Below, in pieces: positions 17,988 to 27,206 of a stretch of DNA of 64,000 nt; positions within the stretch are counted from its first letter, which is position 1; each line of letters opens with the position of its first letter. The stretch is taken from assembly GCA_964487845.1 (NCBI GenBank), contig CAZASK010000009.1:5-64004 (forward strand). Reading direction: 5' to 3'. Origin of the DNA: an uncultured bacterium. Its GTDB lineage: Bacteria > Chlamydiota > Chlamydiia > Chlamydiales > FEN-1388. Made by a program: the position numbers and the translations under genes. The notes beneath the pieces were generated by a model. It saw only the letters and a program-made list of their open reading frames with translations. It was not told the origin of the DNA and searched no databases.

Positions 17988-19016
17988 TTACGTAAGAAGG
18001 TTGCTATATGTTTTCAGTGCAATGTCAACTACACCATTGGGCTCAAACATGGCAATGAAATGTGTATACATCTCAAGCCTATTTGAGTGTTGATCATCAG
18101 GTTTTTTTATAAGCAGAGCCTCCGCATATTCAGCAATATCTTCTATAATTCTTTCACATCTATAGTATGCCAAGAGAGGTAAATTGATATCTGAACTTCC
18201 ATATCCTTGATAAAACGCGACTTCCTCTTCGGGGATATTCCATGCATTTCCCACGCCGCCACCGATAAACATGAGATCTCGCTCTTTGGGAGCTATGATA
18301 GGCTCATCCCAGTCTACTATGTAGAAGCTGCCATTTTCTTGTATCAACACATTGCCGGCGTGAATATCGGAATGGCAGAGCACATATTGTACTTTCTTGG
18401 TTTTGATGCTATTACATAGCTCTTCCGCTTGATTTATGAGTGTATGAATCAATGCTCTCTGCTCTCTCATCGAGTCTAAAAAATTTTGCGATATCTGATC
18501 CTTAGAAGTGGAGCGCTGTTGAATAGCAGCATCGAGTGCACGCACAGCTTGCCTATATTTCGAGGAATATGATTCATGTCTTATATTTTGAAGATCGGGG
18601 GTATGTATATCGATTTCATGAATACGCCTGAATGCCTTGCCGAGCATCGTCCACTGCTGGTGTGTTAATTTTTGAGTAAAGCCATTTTTCCCTTCAATAA
18701 ATGGGTACATAACGATGGCATATTGATCGAGGTGTAGGGCAAAATGACCATGGATAGTTTTGATTGGTGAGATGATCTGCTCTACTCCAGCATCATCTAA
18801 AAGAGAGAGGATATGAGTAGGTGTCTTGCGTTCATTGCCATATTTTAATTTTACAAAGTAGAAGAGATGGTCAGAAGCGTGTGCCTTATATGTTGCTGCA
18901 TGAATGTCTGCCCCTTCAGCAAGTGGTGTAATGGCTTGTACATCAATCGCATAGTGAGCTCGCAAATGATCGATCAGCTGTGTGTCTAAGGAAACATGTA
19001 TAGGTAATTTATGCAT
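17988..19016 (-). CDS. aminoglycoside/choline-kinase-type phosphotransferase (APH family)
   Basis: Catalytic loop LCHSDIHAGNVLI followed by FYIVDWDEPIIAPKERDL. Start set at ATG 19016 (MHKLPIH). The upstream 90 codons in the track look non-coding. Confidence 0.75.
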   Translation of the reverse strand: MHKLPIHVSLDTQLIDHLRAHYAIDVQAITPLAEGADIHAATYKAHASDHLFYFVKLKYGNERKTPTHILSLLDDAGVEQIISPIKTIHGHFALHLDQYAIVMYPFIEGKNGFTQKLTHQQWTMLGKAFRRIHEIDIHTPDLQNIRHESYSSKYRQAVRALDAAIQQRSTSKDQISQNFLDSMREQRALIHTLINQAEELCNSIKTKKVQYVLCHSDIHAGNVLIQENGSFYIVDWDEPIIAPKERDLMFIGGGVGNAWNIPEEEVAFYQGYGSSDINLPLLAYYRCERIIEDIAEYAEALLIKKPDDQHSNRLEMYTHFIAMFEPNGVVDIALKTYSNLLT

Positions 19017-19152
19017 ATGTTTTTGTGAATAGTATGAGATGGTTTTCGAAAAATGTTTTTGAGTAATATGGCGTTCTGTGTTATCAACACATGCTTGCAA
19101 ACTAAGCGTAGCGGAACATATGTATTTTTTTAAGTATTTTGTAGAAGAGTAG

Positions 19153-19473
19153 ATGAATAATGATGAGATAATGAAAAGAGTCTCTATTTTATTGACAGTA
19201 CAAAAGGCTCTATGGGGAGAAGTAACGCCAAATCTTCGAGCTGTTTTTATTGGATGGTCTGATTTAACAGATGACTGTTCTATCAAGCTATATTTTGTTT
19301 ATGATGGGGAAATTTCAGATGATGATAAAGATAATGGAGAATGTGTTACTGCAGAAGTTTTAGCAATTTTTTCTGATAATGACGTGGCAGCAGAATTTTT
19401 GCAAATTGATTATCCGAATAAAATACCAGCTCTAGGAAACGAGGGTATCTATTTTCGGAAAGAAGATTATTAG
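19153..19473 (+). CDS. small acidic hypothetical protein (106 aa)
   Basis: Protein-like composition. No motif recognised. Confidence 0.4.
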   Translation: MNNDEIMKRVSILLTVQKALWGEVTPNLRAVFIGWSDLTDDCSIKLYFVYDGEISDDDKDNGECVTAEVLAIFSDNDVAAEFLQIDYPNKIPALGNEGIYFRKEDY

Positions 19474-19587
19474 TCTGAATTGAGGTGTCACCAGTATACA
19501 GTAACAGAGCATTGCTGGAATTTTTTTCTTGCTCCATTTTAATATACATATAATCAGTATATGCCCTATACTTGCTTTACAATTTTT

Positions 19588-19686
19588 TGTCGGGGACCTT
19601 GTGGAATGAACCGGTCTGAACCAGGTCAGGATCGGAAGATAGCAGCCTTAAGGATATTCAGGGCATGCCATAAGTCATCTCCGACA
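19588..19686 (+). ncRNA. ffs: signal recognition particle RNA (small bacterial 4.5S type)
   Basis: CCAGGTCAGGATCGGAAGATAGCAGCC matches the conserved helix-8 core CCAGGUCAGGUCCGGAAGGAAGCAGCC with its GGAA tetraloop. Terminal helix TGTCGGGGA/TCTCCGACA. T5 follows. Confidence 0.8.
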
Positions 19687-19698
19687 TTTTTCTTAAAT

Positions 19699-19861
19699 AG
19701 ACTTCTTTCGAAACTCGCTTTGGTTGGAAAAATTGATGATTTTTGTGCAGGTTTAGTTGCAAATTTTGAGAGCAATATGTAAGCATATGGTCGAAAAATT
19801 TGCAGCTAAAAATGCCAAAAATGGTAATTTTAACAACCAAATGGAGTTTCGAAAGAAGTCT
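19699..19861 (+). mobile_element. MITE-like element, copy 1 (163 bp)
   Basis: 18-bp perfect terminal inverted repeats AGACTTCTTTCGAAACTC / GAGTTTCGAAAGAAGTCT. About 92-94% identical to 26167..26329 and, inverted, to 49180..49341. AAT flanks both ends. Confidence 0.8.
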
Positions 19862-19880
19862 AATGCTCTATAATACATAG

Positions 19881-21770
19881 TTATCTTTTCATAAGCGGAA
19901 GTAGCTCTTCAATACGTATCGGCTCCTGACGTTTTGACATCGGCCTGTCAATAAATAGAAGCATCCATATTTCGAGAATAATCAAGGCATACAGAATTTT
20001 AAACGAGGAACTGCTAGCTCGTTTTAAAAGAGCGCGGATATATTCTGATGATACAAATCCACTTTCCACGAGTATTCCACGGGTAAGTGCATGAAAATGA
20101 GCCATGATAGTTGGATGCTGCATCCATATCGAAAACACATGCTCGTCTGCGGCAGCTATTGGGGTATACGTGTGCACCGTTTGGAGTGCGAACGCAGGAA
20201 ATGACGGCAAAATATCAGGGCTTGCCCAGATAGTCTCATCAAGTGAAGCGAATGTTTCAAGTAATGCAAGGTCCAAAAATGGATTTTCCGCTGTCACGCC
20301 ATATGCTCTTGCAATTGCATTTCGCGCGGTATGAATCTTATCAATAACAGTGGTTTTCATAGTGAGATAAAAGAGTGCTGCCGGGTGAGAAGGTATTTTT
20401 GGTAAATGATAAAACTGATGCAGAAATAGATCGGGCTGAAAATAGCGATGCAGGGTAGGAGATAATCGCTTGAGTTCTTGTAAAGGTACGAGAGCATTTG
20501 TTTCAACAAATTGAATCAATGGATCGTGTTGAAATTTTCTTAATAACTGGAGTATCTGCTTTGGGAATAGCTGTAGTGCACTTCTTGAAAATGCAGTTCC
20601 TAAAGTGTTGAGGAGTTGCGAAGCAAAGGCGTGTGTTTTATTTTGTGACCACGTAATTTGTGATCGTTCAGTATCATAATGACAAAATTGATTTTCAAAT
20701 CCTGTATCGAAAAATGCCCTTAAATTATGATGTGAGCACCATTGAACATGTTGATATGTTTGGATGTGGTTGATTTCGGCGATGGGCATCTCCATGGCTG
20801 TCACAAGAGGAATGAGGCTTTGTATAAATGATTGCGGTCCGATCAGAGTGTTTGAGCGAGTATGAGTAGTGGTTTTTTCATCATCTTCGGAAAATCGAAT
20901 GGATGATGAGGGGATGAGCTTTGATTGTGTGAGGAGATATTTTTCTATCAAGCATGATCCAGCAGTCCCCGAGAAGATAGCAGGACATGAGAGCTCTTCT
21001 GTTGCTAAGCCTTCTTTTATTCTTGCATCAAGACCCGAATAAATAGTGTTTAAAAGATGAGTGTAGAGTTCTTCATAGGTTTCAAAATGTTGGGTGTGTT
21101 GTTTGCTAAAGGACTTGCTGAATGACCAGTAGGGTTGACTTGTTAATTTTCCTGAAAGAGATTGTTTCAGAAAATAACCAGGGAGGAGCCTATTGACATT
21201 GTGAACGGCTGTTTTATCTTGTGAGATGTAGCCATTGCTGAGATAGGCAGCACACGCTTCCAAATCTGGTGCCTGAGAGATGATTCCTGTTGTAAGAAGG
21301 GATTGCAAAGAGCTTGAAAAAAGAAGAGCGTGATCATTTCTGTGCCAAAAAAAATCAGAAGAGCCAGTTCGATCGCGCACAATAAACAATTCCTGACAGC
21401 CTTGATCGAGCAATGCTAAAGCAAAGTCTCCATCGAGATATTGAAACGCTCTTTCTCCTAGCACTTGAAATAGCGTGGCTACAAGAGCCGCATCTTCAGT
21501 CGAAATGGGCAAGCTGTGATCTTGTAGGATAGAGATACAAGAAGTAGTGCGAATGAGCTTCCCCATAAGAGCGACTTTTATCTCTTTATTCGGACTTTCT
21601 TGAATCGATGTAAAATTTTGTAGACCCAGGCAGCTATTGTGAAACTGTATAAAATCTTGATTTGTGGAAGCTGTTTTTTGATGAGCAAACCAACTCAGCA
21701 TGGACTGAAGTTTTTCTAAAGGATAGAGTACATCAAAGCTGACAACACCGGCTATACCATTCACATCCAC
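19881..21770 (-). CDS. asparagine synthetase (AsnB)-like protein, apparently catalytically degenerate
   Basis: FALALLDQGCQELFIVRDRTGSSDFFW...LLFSSSLQSLL aligns to the AsnB glutaminase domain. However, the N-terminus is MDVNGIAG rather than MCGI, and the PP-loop SGGLDS is replaced by FSGTAGSC. Confidence 0.65.
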   Translation of the reverse strand: MDVNGIAGVVSFDVLYPLEKLQSMLSWFAHQKTASTNQDFIQFHNSCLGLQNFTSIQESPNKEIKVALMGKLIRTTSCISILQDHSLPISTEDAALVATLFQVLGERAFQYLDGDFALALLDQGCQELFIVRDRTGSSDFFWHRNDHALLFSSSLQSLLTTGIISQAPDLEACAAYLSNGYISQDKTAVHNVNRLLPGYFLKQSLSGKLTSQPYWSFSKSFSKQHTQHFETYEELYTHLLNTIYSGLDARIKEGLATEELSCPAIFSGTAGSCLIEKYLLTQSKLIPSSSIRFSEDDEKTTTHTRSNTLIGPQSFIQSLIPLVTAMEMPIAEINHIQTYQHVQWCSHHNLRAFFDTGFENQFCHYDTERSQITWSQNKTHAFASQLLNTLGTAFSRSALQLFPKQILQLLRKFQHDPLIQFVETNALVPLQELKRLSPTLHRYFQPDLFLHQFYHLPKIPSHPAALFYLTMKTTVIDKIHTARNAIARAYGVTAENPFLDLALLETFASLDETIWASPDILPSFPAFALQTVHTYTPIAAADEHVFSIWMQHPTIMAHFHALTRGILVESGFVSSEYIRALLKRASSSSFKILYALIILEIWMLLFIDRPMSKRQEPIRIEELLPLMKR

Positions 21771-21880
21771 TTCCTTAGAATTTTTCTTTGCACTGTGGCA
21801 TGTTTGAGAATATTTTCACATTGGAAATATAGTCCCATTTCGTTATGGTTACATACAATGAGATTGTTCGTGAGGTGAGT

Positions 21881-22537
21881 ATGTATCTTTTCTTCTTCGT
21901 ATTATCCCTATTTTGTTCTGTAAGTTGTTCTACTCAGTACTCTGATTTTTTTCCTTACCATGATGATGGAACGTTGAAGCCTTATGTAAGTATACTACCT
22001 CTCGGTGATCACTCAAATAGTGGGCTTGCATGGAATTTGTCAGAGGAGCTCACAGGCAAAGTTCGTCATCGCCTGATGCAAGATGGGAGGTTGTTTGTCC
22101 CTCCAGCCACACAGATTCATAAACAGCTGGTGGCCTCCGGAGCACAAGATCTCACGACATCTGCTGACTTAGCTCCTTTTCTGTCATTTCAACCAGCACA
22201 CTTTGTCGTTGTTATGGATTTAATTGAGCATCGAATAGTCCCTTATCAACGCGGAGCAATCAAGCCAATATATCCTGCAAATATCGCCTCAGATCGTGCT
22301 GTCGTGCTTTTGATGAAGCTTCGACTTCGTGTAGTAGACATCCGAGGGGGGCAGCCTCATGTTGTTCGCCAAGAACTTGTTGAAAGTAATCATGTCATGG
22401 ATAAGCTTGCTATGGATGAGTCGATTCATAAAAGAGGCACTCCTACATATGGTTCAACAGCTCTTGCTATGGCGCACGCCCGATTGGTAAGCGATGTCGT
22501 GGCTAAAATAGAACAGCTCACTTGCTTTAGAGGATAA
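21881..22537 (+). CDS. putative lipoprotein, hypothetical
   Basis: MYLFFFVLSLFCSVSCS signal with a lipobox-like Cys. GAGGTG precedes ATG 21881. Confidence 0.5.
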   Translation: MYLFFFVLSLFCSVSCSTQYSDFFPYHDDGTLKPYVSILPLGDHSNSGLAWNLSEELTGKVRHRLMQDGRLFVPPATQIHKQLVASGAQDLTTSADLAPFLSFQPAHFVVVMDLIEHRIVPYQRGAIKPIYPANIASDRAVVLLMKLRLRVVDIRGGQPHVVRQELVESNHVMDKLAMDESIHKRGTPTYGSTALAMAHARLVSDVVAKIEQLTCFRG

Positions 22538-22540
22538 GAC

Positions 22541-23398
22541 TTGTGCTCATGTATAAGTCTCTTTGATCTTCTTTTGCTAGCCACTGTACTACTGAGTGTC
22601 TGTATAGTGTACAAGTGGCGCCTTTTTGCATTGCCAAAGACAGGGTGGATGCAGCTGCCATCTTCCCGTGTTAGCTTCATGACCACACTCATTGCCTATT
22701 CACTCTATCTGTCCATGCATCTCTTAGTCCCAACTTGTATGGATGCTGTTTTTAAAGTAGCCAGTATCTATTTTTCTGTCTCACCTTCTCCTAGTGCCCA
22801 AATAGCATGCACACAAATTGCCGTCATAGCGACTGCATGTCTGGTACTTGTATTTTTGAGTCACCTATATGAAAAAGAAAAGAAGGTGATTTGGGGGAGT
22901 GTGAGTAGTCGCTTGCGTATGCTCTTGAAAGGAATGGGTATAGGTCTCGTCGTGTATCCGATGATTATTGGCGTTATACAGGCCGTTTATTGGTTGATTT
23001 CGTGCTATGTAGCATTTGCACAGACAGAACAAGTAGCCGTTATGCAGTTAAAGCAGGCCGCCGCAACTCCTATTTTGTTTTCAATATTATTAGTCCAAGT
23101 AGTAGTGATGGTTCCAGTAGTGGAAGAGTTATTGTTTCGAGGATACATTCAAAATTTTTTCATGGGAATATGTGGAGCCAAGAGCGCAGTTATTCTTTCT
23201 TCACTCCTTTTTGCTGCTTTTCATTACTCTGCGCAACAGCACTTGAGCAATATTCAGCTTCTTGTAGGCCTCTTTGTGTTGTCTTCTCTGATCGGGACTG
23301 TCTATATAAGAGAGCGCTCCTTATTTGTGTCTATTGGTATCCACGCAGGTTTTAACCTGATCAGTATTTTTTTTATGGTGTTCAGTAATTCCTTCTAG
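22541..23398 (+). CDS. CPBP-family intramembrane glutamic endopeptidase (CAAX protease-like)
   Basis: Polytopic membrane protein with EELLFRGYIQ, FAAFH and HAGFN motifs. TTG start, uncertain. Confidence 0.8.
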   Translation: MCSCISLFDLLLLATVLLSVCIVYKWRLFALPKTGWMQLPSSRVSFMTTLIAYSLYLSMHLLVPTCMDAVFKVASIYFSVSPSPSAQIACTQIAVIATACLVLVFLSHLYEKEKKVIWGSVSSRLRMLLKGMGIGLVVYPMIIGVIQAVYWLISCYVAFAQTEQVAVMQLKQAAATPILFSILLVQVVVMVPVVEELLFRGYIQNFFMGICGAKSAVILSSLLFAAFHYSAQQHLSNIQLLVGLFVLSSLIGTVYIRERSLFVSIGIHAGFNLISIFFMVFSNSF

Positions 23399-23472
23399 AA
23401 AAATTCTTTGTAATTTGCTAGAGTCCAGGCAATTATGTAACTCACCTTTGGTAAGGATCGATAATCTGTAGT

Positions 23473-24261
23473 ATGGAAACTCGAAACGTGCCACTTCAGA
23501 TTTTGACATATGGTCTTTCGGATCCAGGCCTGGTCAGAAAAAACAATGAGGATGTTTGGGGGTGTCTTCCTGAACATCACATCTATGTCCTTGCTGACGG
23601 TATGGGTGGTCATCAAGCAGGCGAAGTGGCGGCTCGAGAAGCAGTTATTCACCTCTGCTCTTTACTCCGCGCTGCATTAGAGTCTGGTGTGGAGCGTGAT
23701 TCTATACAATCGATGGTTGCGGCCATTCAACAAGCGATGGCTGCGACTAATCATTTTATTTATGAGCTGGGACAGACGGATGAACTGCTCCATGGCATGG
23801 GCACGACACTTCTATGTCTTCAGTTTTTTTCGGGGCATGTCATTGCAGCGCATGTAGGCGACTCTCGCATTTATCGGTTGCGTGATCAGAAGCTACAACA
23901 GCTTACACAAGATCACTCCTTACTGCGTGAGATGATTGACACTGGCAAGGTCTCAAGTAGTCAAGCAAGCGATTCTCCATACAAAAACATACTGACACGC
24001 GCTATCGGCACCTCCTCGGCAGTAGAGGCTTCTTTTGCTATCTCAGTACCTTGTGAAAATGATCTCTATTTGATGTGTTCTGATGGGCTCTCTGACTTGC
24101 TTTCCGAGCAAGAAATAGAGGTTGTTCTGAATCAACCTCTGTCTATAGAAGAAAAAGTGCGCTCTCTTATTGCTGCAGCAAAACACAAAGGTGGGTATGA
24201 TAATATAACCGTTGTTTTGATTGAAGTAATAGGAACAGATGCAAAAGAGAGTATATCTTGA
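23473..24261 (+). CDS. PP2C-family Ser/Thr protein phosphatase
   Basis: RKNNEDVW, LADGMGGHQAGEVA, VGDSRIY, CSDGLSD, DNITVVL. Confidence 0.85.
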   Translation: METRNVPLQILTYGLSDPGLVRKNNEDVWGCLPEHHIYVLADGMGGHQAGEVAAREAVIHLCSLLRAALESGVERDSIQSMVAAIQQAMAATNHFIYELGQTDELLHGMGTTLLCLQFFSGHVIAAHVGDSRIYRLRDQKLQQLTQDHSLLREMIDTGKVSSSQASDSPYKNILTRAIGTSSAVEASFAISVPCENDLYLMCSDGLSDLLSEQEIEVVLNQPLSIEEKVRSLIAAAKHKGGYDNITVVLIEVIGTDAKESIS

Positions 24262-25384
24262 TAATAATGCCACAACAGAGCTCGATCACGAGGTAATTCA
24301 AGCCGTTGTCCAGAATTTGGCGCTCTATGGAAATCCTTCTAGTGCTCATTATCATGGCCAACAAGCAAAAAATGTTTTAGTGAAAGCTCGCTCCCAGGTG
24401 GCCTCTTTTTTCAAAGTAAAACCAAAAGAGGTAATTTTCACCTCGTCAGGAACAGAAGCGAACAATCTTATCATACGAGGATTTTTTGGTAGCCAGCCTT
24501 CAGGTCATATTATTACATCAGATGTAGAACACTCCTCGGTTTACAATACTCTGCAAGCAATGGAAGCTATGGGTTGTACGGTCAATTATTTGCCGGCAGG
24601 GCGCCATGGTGCTGTTTCTGTGGACCAAGTGCAAGCGGCAGTGCGACCCGATACGCGTTTGATTTGTCTTCTTGGAGCCAATAATGAAACAGGTGTAAAA
24701 AGTGAGATCGATGCTATTGCAGCTTTTGCCCTTGATCGTCAGATACCTTACATGGTAGATGGTGTGTGCATGGTTGGAAAGAGTGCATTTTCCTTACCGA
24801 GAGGGGTTTCCTTTTTTAGCGTAAGTGGTCATAAATTTCATGCACCTAAGGGGATTGGTTGCGCTATTGTTCGAGAAAAATATAAACTTCAACCCTATAT
24901 GACCGGAGGTCCTCAAGAGTGGGGGCTACGAGCTGGAACGGAAAATGTTGCCGCTATTGCTGGATTTGCAACTTCACTGCAGCTTCTTGAACGAGAAATG
25001 ACATCAATGTTATCGGAAGTAAAGCGACTTCGAGATTATTTTGAGAGTGAGTTGTTCCGCTATCTTCCCGATATACAGATCAATGGATCGGGTGATCGTC
25101 TTGTAAATACATCAAATGTTCTCTTTCGAGGCATAGACGGGGAATCATTGTTAATTCGCTTAGATTTGCAAGGGCTATCTGTAAGCCATGGTTCAGCATG
25201 TGCGTCGGGAGCTCTTGAGCCTTCACGTGTGCTTCGTAATATGGGCTTGACATACGAAGAGGCGGCAGCTTCCATTCGTTTTTCGCTCTCGCGCATGAAT
25301 ACGCAAGCAGAAATTGATCAAGCAGTTGCCATCATCGTAAAAAGCGTTGAAGAGCAAAGACGCATGAGTGGAAAAAGCCTCTAA
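24239..25384 (+). CDS. cysteine desulfurase (NifS/IscS class V aminotransferase)
   Basis: YLDNNATT, TSSGTEANN, PLP-lysine context SVSGHKFHAPKG, and active-site loop SHGSACASG. Confidence 0.85.
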   Translation: MQKRVYLDNNATTELDHEVIQAVVQNLALYGNPSSAHYHGQQAKNVLVKARSQVASFFKVKPKEVIFTSSGTEANNLIIRGFFGSQPSGHIITSDVEHSSVYNTLQAMEAMGCTVNYLPAGRHGAVSVDQVQAAVRPDTRLICLLGANNETGVKSEIDAIAAFALDRQIPYMVDGVCMVGKSAFSLPRGVSFFSVSGHKFHAPKGIGCAIVREKYKLQPYMTGGPQEWGLRAGTENVAAIAGFATSLQLLEREMTSMLSEVKRLRDYFESELFRYLPDIQINGSGDRLVNTSNVLFRGIDGESLLIRLDLQGLSVSHGSACASGALEPSRVLRNMGLTYEEAAASIRFSLSRMNTQAEIDQAVAIIVKSVEEQRRMSGKSL

Positions 25385-26085
25385 GTCATTTTATTTTGTA
25401 TGGAGATTTCTTCTATTTTTCTGCGTTCTTTGTATGCTTTTTCAATAGCATTCGTGACCTCATCAGGGTCATCGCAGATAGTAAAGAGCTCCATATCTTG
25501 TTTTGAGATGCAGTCATTGTGAAGTACGGTGTCTTTCAACCAGTGCATGAGTCCCTTCCAAAAAGATGATCCCATGAGAAATACAGGCACGGGCTGTGTC
25601 TTTCGGGTTTGAATGAGGGTAAATATCTCAAAGAGCTCGTCTAAAGTTCCAAAGCCTCCTGGAAGAAAAATAAAGCCTTGAGCATATCGAGCAAACATTA
25701 CCTTTCGAATGAAAAAATAACGAAACTTAAGACGCAATTTTGGATCAATATAAGCATTTGGCTCAGATTCAAATGGAAGGTCAATGATCAGTCCACAAGA
25801 ATTACCTTTGCCTTTTTGTGCTCCCATGTTGGCGGCTTCCATGATTCCAGGGCCTGCACCAGTAACAATAGAAAAGCCTTTTTTGACAAGCTTTTCAGAT
25901 AGTTGAATAGCAAGTTCATAGTAAGGAGACGTAGCAGTAAGCCGAGATGATCCGAAAATGGAGATGCAAGGTCCAATTGTTGAAAGCGTCTCAAATCCAT
26001 CTACAAATTCTGAAATGAAGCGGAATAATTTCCACGCATCACCACTTGGTACTGCCACATCATGAGAATGAATAAAATCGTTCAT
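25381..26085 (-). CDS. LOG-family / TIGR00730 Rossmann protein (cytokinin riboside 5'-monophosphate phosphoribohydrolase-like)
   Basis: GAGPGIMEAAN and LPGGFGTLDELFE motifs. Confidence 0.85.
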   Translation of the reverse strand: MNDFIHSHDVAVPSGDAWKLFRFISEFVDGFETLSTIGPCISIFGSSRLTATSPYYELAIQLSEKLVKKGFSIVTGAGPGIMEAANMGAQKGKGNSCGLIIDLPFESEPNAYIDPKLRLKFRYFFIRKVMFARYAQGFIFLPGGFGTLDELFEIFTLIQTRKTQPVPVFLMGSSFWKGLMHWLKDTVLHNDCISKQDMELFTICDDPDEVTNAIEKAYKERRKIEEISIQNKMT

Positions 26086-26166
26086 AACTCTCTGTTCCTT
26101 GGTGTATAAGATATCTCATTTTTACCTTACCTCATTTTCAAAAATTGTTACAAAAGACTTCTTCTA

Positions 26167-26329
26167 AAACTTCTTTCGAAACTCGCTTTGGTTGGAAAAA
26201 TTGATGATTTTTGAGCAGGTTTAGTTGCAAATTTTGAGAGCAATATGTGAGCATATGGTCGAAAAGTTTGCGGCTAAAGATTCCAAAAATGGTAATTTTA
26301 ACAGCCAAATGGAGTTTCGAAAGAAGTCT
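26167..26329 (+). mobile_element. MITE-like element, copy 2 (163 bp)
   Basis: Same orientation as copy 1, with about 9 substitutions by eye. The left terminus reads AAACTTC instead of AGACTTC. It ends 32 nt before the ubiA start. Confidence 0.8.
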
Positions 26330-26360
26330 AAACAGCAAAATAGTCTTTTCGAGGTTGTAT

Positions 26361-27206
26361 ATGAGAGCAAATATAAAAAAATGGCAAGATGTGCTGATGT
26401 TGCCACACACCTTGTTTGGTCTTCCCTGGGTAATTATTGGCGCGCTCCTGCCATTTGTATTACGCATTCCTGCGACCGTCCAGGGGGTACAATGGTTCTC
26501 TATAGCCCTTGCATTTTTTTCAGCACGGTTTGCTGGGATGGCATTGAATCGTTATATTGACAGTACGATCGATCAAAAAAATCCACGGACAAGGCAGCGA
26601 GCATTGCCTCGAGGTGATGTGACTCATGCAGAGGTTTTTGCGGTTATCCTCGTCTCCTTAGCGTTGTTTTTTTTCGCATGCTGGCATATTAATACGTATA
26701 CACTCTATTTAGCACCTCTTGTGTGTACTTTATTGATCCTCTATTCATACACGAAACGTATTACCTCTTTGTGTCATTTTGTGTTAGGGCTGATCCATTT
26801 TTTTGGTCTTGTGGTAGCTTTTGCAGCAGTAGCTGGAGTTATGACTATGGCTCCCATTATCATAGCAACGGCCCTGTTGGCAATCATTGCATCAGGAGAT
26901 ATTTTCTATGCGCTTCAAGATGTTGATTTTGACAGAAGCTATGGGCTCTATAGTATTCCAGTGAAATTAGGTGTTGCAAAAGCAACCTTACTTGCAAGAC
27001 AGCTACAAGTAGCGGCTATCTTGCTTCTTCTTTATTTTGGGGTACATACAGGTTTATCGATGATCTATTTTAGCGGATGTATGATTGCGGCAAGCATGTA
27101 TGCGGTGAGTTATTTTCAAAATAGATTGGTTTTCTTCATGAATAGTTATGTTGGAATTGTTATGATGCTCGCTTTGATAGGAGAGTACGTGTGGCAAAGA
27201 TTGTAG
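26361..27206 (+). CDS. UbiA-family aromatic prenyltransferase (quinone biosynthesis)
   Basis: NRYIDSTIDQKNPRTRQRALPRG and a second Asp-rich motif YALQDVDFD, in a polytopic membrane protein. The track start at 26247 lies inside the MITE, so ATG 26361 is used. Confidence 0.8.
   Translation: MRANIKKWQDVLMLPHTLFGLPWVIIGALLPFVLRIPATVQGVQWFSIALAFFSARFAGMALNRYIDSTIDQKNPRTRQRALPRGDVTHAEVFAVILVSLALFFFACWHINTYTLYLAPLVCTLLILYSYTKRITSLCHFVLGLIHFFGLVVAFAAVAGVMTMAPIIIATALLAIIASGDIFYALQDVDFDRSYGLYSIPVKLGVAKATLLARQLQVAAILLLLYFGVHTGLSMIYFSGCMIAASMYAVSYFQNRLVFFMNSYVGIVMMLALIGEYVWQRL

Noticed and set aside
19017-19286. A 90-codon N-terminal extension of the APH-family kinase ORF.
   Set aside because: The extension is hydrophobic and low-complexity and overlaps the 19153 (+) ORF. 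The kinase family normally starts close to MHKLPIH.
19561-19666. An alternative SRP RNA 5' end using the ATGCCCT (19561) / AGGGCAT (19660) pairing.
   Set aside because: It conflicts with the canonical long hairpin, in which 19588-19596 pairs with 19678-19686 and the 5' and 3' arms pair continuously around the GGAA tetraloop. It is probably coincidental.
19561-19840. ORFs 19561..19782 (+) and 19658..19840 (-).
   Set aside because: They are made of the SRP RNA gene plus MITE copy 1. The same pseudo-peptides (…FDHMLTYCSQNLQLNL…) recur wherever the MITE occurs.
26138-26560. ORFs 26138..26467 (-), 26221..26406 (-) and 26225..26560 (+), and the 26247 start of ubiA.
   Set aside because: All derive from stop-free frames of MITE copy 2. 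ubiA was restarted at ATG 26361, downstream of the element.
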